Source: an uncultured Desulfobacter sp. (lineage in GTDB: Bacteria > Desulfobacterota > Desulfobacteria > Desulfobacterales > Desulfobacteraceae). Taken from it: a stretch of DNA of 64,000 bases. Shown piece after piece: positions 9,780 to 18,313 of the stretch (position 1 is the first letter of the stretch; each line of letters starts with the position of its first letter). Both the position numbers and the translations under genes were made by a program. The notes beneath the pieces were generated by a model. That model had not been told where the DNA came from. It worked only from the letters and a program-made list of their open reading frames with translations, and made no database searches. The DNA lies in assembly GCA_963665095.1 (NCBI GenBank), contig OY762069.1:736001-800000 (forward strand), in the 5' to 3' direction.

Positions 9780-9955
9780 GCCCGATACCGGATAAAATTG
9801 ATCAATCAAACACGAGTTCAGGCCCGACATATTATCGAGGCCAACCATCTTCTCGAAACTGTTTCCAATACTTGTTGTATTCGCTACATCGGCCTATATT
9901 AGGGGTGAGAGTATAAACTTTGATTCTAAGCGTAAAAAGGGATGGGCCTCCACAG

Positions 9956-11311
9956 ATGATTGTAAAACTTGGACCTGTTGCAGGCAAAACTATTGAACAA
10001 TGGCGGCAGGAGCGTCCCCTGTTAAAACAAATTATGGCAGGGGAAGAAGTTTTCTGGCGTAATCCGGGGTATCAGGCTGTACACACAGCCTTTGACGCCA
10101 TTCCCTTTTCACGAAAAGATGTGGATGATGCCCAAGCCCGGTTAAAACGATTTGCCCCGTTCATTGCAAAGGTGTTTCCCGAGACGGTGAAAGCCTTTGG
10201 CATCATTGAGTCTCCTTTAAAGCAGATCCCGCGAATGCAGGAATACCTGAGCAACAAAGTGTCATGTCCCGTGGCCGGAGATCTTTGGCTCAAATGTGAC
10301 AACCTGCTGCCGGTATCCGGTTCCATCAAGGCCCGGGGCGGGATCTACGAGGTGCTGAAAACTGCCGAGACGCTTGCTTTAGACCAGGGGCTGCTTTCCC
10401 CTGAAGACGACTATGCAATCCTTTGTTCGGACAGGTTTAAACAATTTTTCAGCCAGTACGCCATTGCCGTAGGGTCCACCGGTAATTTGGGGTTGAGCAT
10501 CGGGATCATGGGTGCCGCTTTAGGGTTCAAGGTCTATGTTCATATGTCCCAAGACGCAGCTGCCTGGAAAAAGAAGCGGCTGCGGGAGTGCGGCGTCACC
10601 GTTGTGGAGTATAAAACCGATTACAGCCAGGCCGTGGCAGCCGGCCGCAGGCAGGCACTGTCTGATCCGAACATGCATTTTATAGATGATGAAAACTCCT
10701 CTGATCTGCTTTTGGGATATGCCGTGGCGGCTGGTCGGCTGAAAGCACAGTTACACGCCATGGGCCGGGTTGTGGATAAAACGCATCCACTTTTTGTCTA
10801 CCTGCCCTGCGGCGTGGGCGGCGGCCCTGGCGGGATCACCCTGGGACTCAAGCTTGCTTTCGGGGACCATGTCCACTGCTTTTTTGCAGAGCCTGTGGCA
10901 TCTCCCTGCATGCTCATCGGGTTGATGACAGGGCTTCACGATCAGGTCAGTGTCAGGGCTTTCGGGCTGACCAATGTCACGGATGCGGACGGGCTGGCCG
11001 TAGGCCGTCCTTCAGGGCTTGTGGGCCGCACGCTGGGCGCGTTGATCAGCGGGGCCTATACCGTGGCGGACAAAAGTCTTTACCATCTGCTGCATGACAT
11101 GGCGGATCTTGAGTCTGTCTTTCTTGAACCTTCGGCAGCTGCGGGCCTGTCAGGGCCGGCCGGCCTTTTGAATTCCCCCCAGGGGGCCGCCTATCTTGAA
11201 CAGCAGGGTCTGGCTGAAAATATGCCCACTGCCACCCACCTGGTCTGGGCCACTGGTGGGGGAATGGTTCCTGAATTTGTGATGCAGGGCTATTATAAAA
11301 AAGGTATGTAG
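9956..11311 (+). CDS. dsdA: D-serine ammonia-lyase
   Basis: [20 protein letters not shown]-lysine motif, [29 protein letters not shown]; start uncertain (9920-9956). Confidence 0.93.
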   Translation: MIVKLGPVAGKTIEQWRQERPLLKQIMAGEEVFWRNPGYQAVHTAFDAIPFSRKDVDDAQARLKRFAPFIAKVFPETVKAFGIIESPLKQIPRMQEYLSNKVSCPVAGDLWLKCDNLLPVSGSIKARGGIYEVLKTAETLALDQGLLSPEDDYAILCSDRFKQFFSQYAIAVGSTGNLGLSIGIMGAALGFKVYVHMSQDAAAWKKKRLRECGVTVVEYKTDYSQAVAAGRRQALSDPNMHFIDDENSSDLLLGYAVAAGRLKAQLHAMGRVVDKTHPLFVYLPCGVGGGPGGITLGLKLAFGDHVHCFFAEPVASPCMLIGLMTGLHDQVSVRAFGLTNVTDADGLAVGRPSGLVGRTLGALISGAYTVADKSLYHLLHDMADLESVFLEPSAAAGLSGPAGLLNSPQGAAYLEQQGLAENMPTATHLVWATGGGMVPEFVMQGYYKKGM

Positions 11312-11467
11312 CCGGATAGGGGTAAAAGGACAATCTATATCAAAATCTACAAAGCAAATATGAAAATTTCAAATTTCAAGGTGATTTTGGCGCACCCCAC
11401 CAAAAACCGGTACAAACTGTGAAAATCAAGTCCAATACTCAACTGCCGGGATTTGAAAACAAAAAAT

Positions 11468-11512
11468 GAGACGGCCAGGACCGGCGAAGCTGGAAAAGGG
11501 TTTGCCGTCGTT
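11468..11512 (+). pseudogene. Methyl-accepting chemotaxis protein signalling-tip fragment
   Basis: Translates ETARTGEAGKGFAVV, near-identical to the MCP signature EAARAGEAGKGFAVVA. Confidence 0.65.
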
Positions 11513-11636
11513 GAAGGCAGTTTATTACACGAAGGACTTCATCAAATGTTTGTCAAAAGAATACAGGGATGAGGCCCGGGCCTTTTTTCATGATCACTGT
11601 GACACGATCCTTGTTAAAGACCCGGGTGGGCGCAGG

Positions 11637-13229
11637 TTATATCCGGGTGGTTTTATCCTTCCAATATTTCTCCTTAAGTTTATGCTTTAATGCTTTGCCA
11701 ATGGGTGAGCGGGGAACCTCATCAATGAAGGTCACGCTTTTGGGAATTTTGTAGCCGGCAAGGTTTTCCCGGCAGAACTCAATGATCTGACCCTCACTGA
11801 TGTCTGACTGCGGGGTTTTTACCACAAGGGCCTTGACCGCTTCTCCCCATTTTTCATCGGGAATGCCGATAACCGCGACATCTGCCACGTATGGGTTCAG
11901 TTTTAAGGCGTTTTCCACTTCCACAGGATAGACATTCATCCCCCCTGTAATGATCATGTCCTTTTTGCGGTCAACAATATAAAAATTGCCATCTTCCCCA
12001 AGCTTTGCAATATCCTCCACCGTTCCCCATTCGTGATCCATAAAGGCACCTGAAGTGGCTTCCGGCTTGTTAAGATATCCCTCGAACATGCTGAATCCAC
12101 GGCCGTATAGGATCCCTGGTTCGTTGACAGGCATCTTTTCTCCCTGTTCATTGAACACGGCGAGCTCCAGGTCGAAAACAGGCTTTCCCACACATCCCTC
12201 CGGGGGCATGTTTTCAGAGCAGACATATTTTGAAATAAAGCCAAATTCCGAGGCCCCTAACCAGTTGGAAATCTGGATACCGGGAAATTGTTTTACCAGC
12301 GTGACAGCTGTAGTATTGGACAATGGCGCACCACAGTTGACGAAGCGTTTTACGCGGGAAATATCGCTTGCATTGCGCAAGTTTTCAGGCATTTTAAGAA
12401 CCCACTCATACATGATGGGAACCATGAATACCCAGGTTGCTTTTGTCTTTTCCAGCTGGGCAAAGAATTTATCCGGCTCAAATCCCGGTACAATGGCCAC
12501 GGTTCCACCGCTCATCATGGTGGCCAGCACATATCCCATGGTGGCTGCGGCATACATGGGAGCTACAGCAAGAAATACATCTTCGGGGTTCAGTCCCAGT
12601 TCATGACATACGGCATTTGCCATGTGATAGTCGCATTTATAAGTGCGGGCGGCAGCTTTGGGCTTGCCCGTGGTCCCGGAGGTGTACATGAGCAGATGAA
12701 TATCATTGCTGTGTTTTTCAATTTGCGGTTCTACCGGTTTGTTATTTTGGATCAGGTTGTTATAACTTAAGGCATTATCCCCCATGCTATCTTCCACCAT
12801 AATGATATGATCCAGGGCCGGGACCTGGTCTTTGATGGATAGTATTGTTTCAAGGGTGTTAGCATCTTTCAGGATGATTGCCCGGGCCTGACTGTCATTG
12901 AGCTGGTATGCGATTTCCGGCCCCGCAAGCCTGACGTTTCCTGCTGTCGCTACACAGCCGGCCTTGTTGATGCCCAGAATTGCTTCGGGATATTCAAGGC
13001 TGTTGGGCAGAAAAATAAGCACCCGGTCCAGGGGCTTGAGGCCAAGGCTGATCAGGCCGTTGGCAAGGCGGTTGCTTCTCTCCCAGACATCACCCCATGT
13101 CAGTTGGGTTTGGTCAAAAGTGACCGCGATATTTTCTGGGTTTTTGGAGACATTCATGCGAATGGAGCTGATTGCGTCATCTGAAAAAGTTTTTTTCCCT
13201 TCGGGCCTTTGAAAGTGCAGTGTCATCAT
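11637..13229 (-). CDS. AMP-binding acyl-CoA synthetase/ligase
   Basis: YTSGTTGKPK, DRKKDMIITGGMNVYPVEVE, PRSPIGK; GGAGGA RBS before ATG 13229. Confidence 0.9.
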   Translation of the reverse strand: MMTLHFQRPEGKKTFSDDAISSIRMNVSKNPENIAVTFDQTQLTWGDVWERSNRLANGLISLGLKPLDRVLIFLPNSLEYPEAILGINKAGCVATAGNVRLAGPEIAYQLNDSQARAIILKDANTLETILSIKDQVPALDHIIMVEDSMGDNALSYNNLIQNNKPVEPQIEKHSNDIHLLMYTSGTTGKPKAAARTYKCDYHMANAVCHELGLNPEDVFLAVAPMYAAATMGYVLATMMSGGTVAIVPGFEPDKFFAQLEKTKATWVFMVPIMYEWVLKMPENLRNASDISRVKRFVNCGAPLSNTTAVTLVKQFPGIQISNWLGASEFGFISKYVCSENMPPEGCVGKPVFDLELAVFNEQGEKMPVNEPGILYGRGFSMFEGYLNKPEATSGAFMDHEWGTVEDIAKLGEDGNFYIVDRKKDMIITGGMNVYPVEVENALKLNPYVADVAVIGIPDEKWGEAVKALVVKTPQSDISEGQIIEFCRENLAGYKIPKSVTFIDEVPRSPIGKALKHKLKEKYWKDKTTRI

Positions 13230-13317
13230 TTCCTCCTGAATTACAACTGAAGTTTTTGCCAAAAGCAGTGTTACACAGAACAGCACATCTGTTGACCTAA
13301 GTATGCGCACCATTAAT

Positions 13318-13332
13318 ACCAGAATCATGCCA
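13318..13332 (-). promoter_or_regulatory. Possible sigma54 -24/-12 promoter of the acyl-CoA ligase
   Basis: TGGCATGATTCTGGT: good -24 box, degenerate -12; divergent sigma54 activator adjacent. Confidence 0.35.
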
Positions 13333-13431
13333 GAATAATTATTCTATATTTTCAGGGTATTGAAAAAAGAGAGATTTTGAGATATCGTATATGGTGATGT
13401 TTTAACCATATATGGTGAATGGATACGAAAT

Positions 13432-15039
13432 ATGGGCGATCAGGAGTATGGAGAACTGTTCCAGGAGGTGACCAAAAGAATCTGCGGAAGTCTTGATATA
13501 ACAGAGGCGCTGCACCAGACCTTTGTCTATCTTAAAGACAGGATTCCTCTGGTCATGATTTTTTTCAGTCGTTATGAAATCGGGCAGACAAAAAAATCCG
13601 CCCGGCTTATTGCCTTTGCCAACGACGACGGCGGGTTTATTGTTGATGAGCCCATAGTGATACCGGAAAACACCTGGAATTACCTGGAAAGCTGGTTGAA
13701 ACAGTCTTCTCAAAAGGTAATGCCCTGGATAAGAGACCACACCCACCCCATTAACCTTAATATTAAAAATATGCTTATGAGGCGGTTTTCATACAGAGCC
13801 CAGGAGATCGCCAACGCCCCATTTGAGACCATTACATGCGCATTGAAGATAAAGGACCAGGTTGTAGGTAACCTTACCCTGATGAGGGAGGGACAGGTAC
13901 CTTATAACCAATGTCACACCCAAGTGATTCAGGCCATTAACCATCCCTTTGCCATTGCCCTGTCCAATGCACTTCGTTACAGAGAGCTTGAACAGCACCA
14001 CAAGGCCCTTCAAAAGGATGCCTCCCACTCAGATGAGAATCGGATGATTGGTGCGGACTCTGGTTTGAGGCATGTCCGGCAGCTCATTGAGGATGTCGCG
14101 CTTACTGACAGCCCTGTCATTTTGCTTGGCAGCACCGGAACCGGCAAAGAGGTGGCGGCTGCTGAGATCCATAAGCTGTCGGACCGCTGCAAAGGACCTA
14201 TGATCAGCATGAATTGCGGGGCGATTCCCGAGTCTCTCATTGATTCAGAGCTTTTCGGCCATGAAAAAGGGGCTTTTACAGGCGCCATAGAAGCCCGACC
14301 CGGAAGATTTGAAAGAGCCCATAAAGGCACCCTGTTTCTTGATGAGATCGGGGAGTTGCCGATATCTGCCCAGGCAAGGCTGTTAAGAATTCTTCAGACC
14401 GGGGAGTTTGAACGGGTGGGCGGTTCCCAGAAAATTCGTGTGGATGTCCGTATAATTGCAGCAACCAACAGAAATATTCCGGAAAGAATTAGAAATAAGA
14501 AATTCCGGGAAGATCTTTGGTATCGGCTTTATGTCTTCCCCATCCTGATACCTGATTTAAAGCACCGCAAGCAGGATATACCTGTCATGGTGGACTATTT
14601 TATTTCTAAAAAATGCCGGGAGATGAATTTGCCTGCCTGCCCGGGACTTGCGCCCCAGGCCATGGCACAGCTTCAAAGCTATGACTGGCCCGGGAATGTC
14701 CGGGAGCTTGAGAATATTATAGAAAGAGCCCTGATCTTAAGCAGGGGGCGCCCCCTTTGCTTTAATGAACTGGAACCCTCTGCCACGGCTTTGACCGAGC
14801 CAATGCTCCAAAGCAGTGAGAATGTCAATACGCTAGGCAAATTTCGCTTTGACACCCTTGATGCCGTCATGTCCACCCATATTATAAACGTCCTCAGTCA
14901 TACCCGGGGCAAGATCTCAGGTGTTGGCGGTGCGGCTGAAATTTTGGCCATCCATCCCAATACCTTAAGGAACCGAATGGTCAGGCTGGGAATAAAGAAT
15001 CCCTTCCCGCGTGTTGTGTTACAACATGACAGAACATAA
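13432..15039 (+). CDS. Sigma54-dependent activator (GAF-AAA+-HTH, FhlA-like)
   Basis: GSTGTGKE, GAFTGA, LFLDEIGE, WPGNVREL, C-terminal HTH. Confidence 0.92.
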   Translation: MGDQEYGELFQEVTKRICGSLDITEALHQTFVYLKDRIPLVMIFFSRYEIGQTKKSARLIAFANDDGGFIVDEPIVIPENTWNYLESWLKQSSQKVMPWIRDHTHPINLNIKNMLMRRFSYRAQEIANAPFETITCALKIKDQVVGNLTLMREGQVPYNQCHTQVIQAINHPFAIALSNALRYRELEQHHKALQKDASHSDENRMIGADSGLRHVRQLIEDVALTDSPVILLGSTGTGKEVAAAEIHKLSDRCKGPMISMNCGAIPESLIDSELFGHEKGAFTGAIEARPGRFERAHKGTLFLDEIGELPISAQARLLRILQTGEFERVGGSQKIRVDVRIIAATNRNIPERIRNKKFREDLWYRLYVFPILIPDLKHRKQDIPVMVDYFISKKCREMNLPACPGLAPQAMAQLQSYDWPGNVRELENIIERALILSRGRPLCFNELEPSATALTEPMLQSSENVNTLGKFRFDTLDAVMSTHIINVLSHTRGKISGVGGAAEILAIHPNTLRNRMVRLGIKNPFPRVVLQHDRT

Positions 15040-15224
15040 AGATAATCCTCAGATCTTCTTTACTGGAAAGCAGTTGCCTGTCCTTTAATATGATGCCGTC
15101 CGGCAAAATGATTTCCCATTAACATCCCGGCTTTGACCGGAAAGGCCAGTCATCCGTTCAAAAATTTTGCCGAGTTCCTTTCCTGCAGGCGTCGATCAGC
15201 TGAAACAAATGAACAGGAGGGCCT

Positions 15225-15400
15225 ATAGCGGCAAATATTGTTCTGGATTTACGGGGCGTCGGTTCTCCCCTTGATCTGTTCAAATGTAAAGCTGTCTGAA
15301 CACCATGCAACAGGGAGAACAGCTTGAAGTCATCATGGCGGATAAAGCGGTGGCAGGAAATCTTGCCACCAGTATTCAAAGATCAGGAGATGATCAATAA
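15225..15400 (+). pseudogene. TusA/SirA-like sulfur-carrier family pseudogene
   Basis: AGGAGG RBS, ATA in place of start, LDLRGVGSPLDLFKCK then frameshift to CLNTMQQGEQLEVIMAD. Confidence 0.6.
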
Positions 15401-15439
15401 TATGTAACCGGCACCCCGGTTGCCGGAACTGTCGAAATA

Positions 15440-15469
15440 AAAAGGGTGCCGAATTGTCGGCACCCTTTT
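15440..15469. terminator. Intrinsic terminator downstream of hydrogenase operon
   Basis: aaaagggtgccga-attg-tcggcaccctttt, 25 nt past the extended mvhA stop. Confidence 0.85.
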
Positions 15470-15493
15470 GTTATCTGGTCGGAACGTTATTGT

Positions 15494-16927
15494 TTAGTAA
15501 ACAACGTCACCTTTTGCGTTGAGAACTTTAATGTCGATTGCTTTGCCGCCATCCAGGCGGTGAGTGGCGCAGGAGACTCAGGGGTCGTAGGCGCGCACCG
15601 ACATTTCTACCTTATTTAAAATGGTCTCATCCACATGACCGTTTTTGATCAGCATTCTGGCGGACTGCTCCACACTCATGGAGATGGGAGCAAGATTATG
15701 GGTGGTGCCCACGATCATGTTGGCTTTTTCAATCAGGCCGTTCTCGTCCGTGGTGTAGTCGTGGATCAGGGTGCCCCGGGGCGCTTCCACATGGCCTACG
15801 CCGCGTCCGGCTTTGGGCGTTACCTCGAACCGGGTCTCCTTGCCGCAGATGGCGGTGTTCATGAGCAGCTCAAGCGTTCTTTCACAGGCATAGACCAGCT
15901 CGATGAGCCTTGCCCAGTGGTAGAGCAGGGTGTGCTGGGCAGGTCTGCCGAACTGGGCGCGGAACTCTTCCAACTCTTTCTGGGCAAGCGGCGTACTGAT
16001 GTGATCGCAGGCATTGAGCCGGGCCAGGCAGTTGGAGCGGTAGATGCCCTTGGGGTTTTCAAGGTCCATGGAGAACCCCTCGTTCCAGAACTTGGCATAG
16101 GGGAACTTGCCGTAGGAGGTGGGTTCCACATGCTCGGAAATATAATCCAGATAGTCTGAATCATGAAAATCCGTAAAGCTGCCGTCCGGGGACATGATCC
16201 TGATTTTTCCGTCGTAGAAGTTAAGGCCTCCGTCATCATCCACTGTGCCGATAAAACCTGTGGTAATGGTGCCAAGGGTGGTGACCTCTTCCAGATAATT
16301 GGGGAAGATATTCTCTTTGGCGTGGGCCATGGAGAACTTGGCAAATTCCAGAAGGGTCTTTGTGTCCTCAATCAACTCTTTGCGCTGGGTGTCGGACATG
16401 GGTTTGGAGAACCCGCCGGGGACTGCTGCAATGGGGTGGATCACTTTGCCTGCGAATTTTTCCATCATCATCTGGCCTAACTGGCGCATTTTGATCACCT
16501 GCCTGGCAAGATCAGGTGCGGCCTGGGCAATGCCGATGACGTTTCTAACTTTGTAGTCGGCGTCCGGGCCTAAAACAAAATCCGGGGCTGCCAGAAAGTA
16601 GAAGTGCAGGATCTTGTCGTTGATGTGGGCCATGTTCTGCATGCACTCACGAAGGATGTGGCCGGCCGGGGCCACCTGGGCACCGAAACAGGCGTCCACC
16701 GCCTTGGTGGAGGAGAGATGATGGTGCCAGGGGCAGATGCCGCAGATCCGGGTGACAATGCGGGTCACCTCTTCGGCGGGCTTGCCCTGGACATATTTTT
16801 CAAATCCCCGGATGGAGTTGAAATGGGTGACGGCGGATGCCACCTCCCCATTGTCGTCCAGCTGAATATTTATATTTGCATGCCCCTCTATGCGTGACAA
16901 AGGCGCGATTTGAATGGTTTTTCCCAT
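15494..16927 (-). CDS. mvhA: Group 3c-type [NiFeSe] hydrogenase large subunit, selenoprotein (Sec450), 477 aa
   Basis: RIEGH and RICGICP (L1); reading through TGA 15578-15580 gives L2 DP-U-VSCATH plus 21-aa tail to TAA 15494. Confidence 0.93.
15546..15560 (-). promoter_or_regulatory. SECIS-like hairpin of mvhA
   Basis: CCGCC-UGGAU-GGCGG at +18..+32 after UGA. Confidence 0.7.
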
Positions 16928-17863
16928 TTATTTGCCTCCTTTAATGGAAGGTTTCAGGCGGTTATGTGCCCCTGAAAAACGCAGGATGTTGCTGCGGTCA
17001 GGAATGTTTGTGATATCAATGCCGTTGGACGCAAGCGCATTGAGCATGTCCAAAAGCTGGTTGCCCTCCTGGCGCACCGGACCGTAACAGCCCCGGCAGG
17101 GAACGCGTGCGCTGATGCACCGGGGGGCTTCGCCGTCATTTCCGGCGCATCCTGCCCGGGTGACAGGCCCTGCACAAAGGTAGCCCTGTTCCAGCAGACA
17201 GCGCATCTGGTCCACGCCTTTTTCAGGATCAAATTCCGGATTGCCGGTGAACCGCTTGATGGTGGTGATATCGCCTTTGCCCTTTCGGATGGCGGGACAG
17301 GTGTCGCACACACTTTTAAAGGGCAGCTCCGGGGTCTCTCCCTTGAGAAGTGCAAGGATGGCTCCGGTTATTTGATCGGGGTGGGGCGGGCAGCCGGGCA
17401 GATAGATATCCACCTTTATTTTTTCATCCAGGGCATAGCAGCGGTCGAGCAGTGGGGAGAGTCCTTCTGCAGGAACAGCCGCCCCCTCATCCGTGGAGTC
17501 GGTGGTGTAATAGTAGTCTGTCAGCTCATCATTGGTGTATGAGTTGATCAGCGCAGGAATTCCGCCATGGGTGGCACAAGTGCCAAGGGCAATGAGAATA
17601 TCGCATTTCTTGCGCATCTCAAGGGCCACCTCCAGGTGTTCTTTGTTTCTGATTCCACCGGACAAAAGGCCCACCGTGGCCTTGGGGATGTCGATCTCTT
17701 TTTGATCCCCGAGCTGGCCGTAATGCTTGTGGTCCATGAGCACCGGGATGTGAACAAACTCAATCTGGGGCAGAAGGTCTAAAAGTGTCTCTCCGAGGTT
17801 GAGTATGGCAATTTCACATCCTGAACAGGAGTTGAGCCAATCACTTGCAACTTTTACCGGCAT
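16928..17863 (-). CDS. mvhG: Hydrogenase small subunit (MvhG)
   Basis: NSCSGC, GTCATHGG, PGCPP, VCDTC, CLLEQGYLCAGPVTRAGC, PCRGCYGP. Confidence 0.92.
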   Translation of the reverse strand: MPVKVASDWLNSCSGCEIAILNLGETLLDLLPQIEFVHIPVLMDHKHYGQLGDQKEIDIPKATVGLLSGGIRNKEHLEVALEMRKKCDILIALGTCATHGGIPALINSYTNDELTDYYYTTDSTDEGAAVPAEGLSPLLDRCYALDEKIKVDIYLPGCPPHPDQITGAILALLKGETPELPFKSVCDTCPAIRKGKGDITTIKRFTGNPEFDPEKGVDQMRCLLEQGYLCAGPVTRAGCAGNDGEAPRCISARVPCRGCYGPVRQEGNQLLDMLNALASNGIDITNIPDRSNILRFSGAHNRLKPSIKGGK

Positions 17864-18294
17864 GGGGTCACCTCCTTTTCAGTGAAACGCAGCATGTTGG
17901 GGCCAATGCTTCTGATCCGGTCGGTAAATTCCGTGACCTTTTCGGCAAATCTGGGGCCTTCGGCACCGGATACCCATTCAATGGCTACCCGGTCCGGATC
18001 AATGCCGGCATCTTCGAGCATGATTTTAATAACAGCGATACGGGACAATGCTTTGTGATTACCATCCAGGTAATGACATTCGCCGAGATGTCACCCCATC
18101 ACCAGTACGCCATCCGCCCCTTTCTGGAGTGCCGACAGCACAAGATCCGGATGGACCATGCCCGTGCACATGACACGGATGGCCTTCATGTTGGGGGGAT
18201 ATTCCAGCCTTGAAACACCAGCCAGGTCGCCACCGGCATAGGAACACCAGTTGCACAGAAATCCGACAATGGTCGGTTCAAATGTATCTTTCAT
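17854..18294 (-). CDS. mvhD: MvhD [2Fe-2S] subunit, selenoprotein (Sec68), 146 aa
   Basis: FLCNWCSY, RVMCTG, GADGVLVMG-U-HLGECHY; ORF-track pieces 18091-18294 and 17854-18048 are in frame across TGA 18091-18093. Confidence 0.92.
18058..18074 (-). promoter_or_regulatory. SECIS-like hairpin of mvhD
   Basis: AUUACC-UGGAU-GGUAAU at +17..+33 after UGA. Confidence 0.7.
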
Positions 18295-18313
18295 GATATA
18301 CGTCGTCCTTTTT

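Noticed and set aside
15060..15180. Possible riboswitch after the sigma54 activator
   Set aside because: Only short stems; no recognisable aptamer consensus
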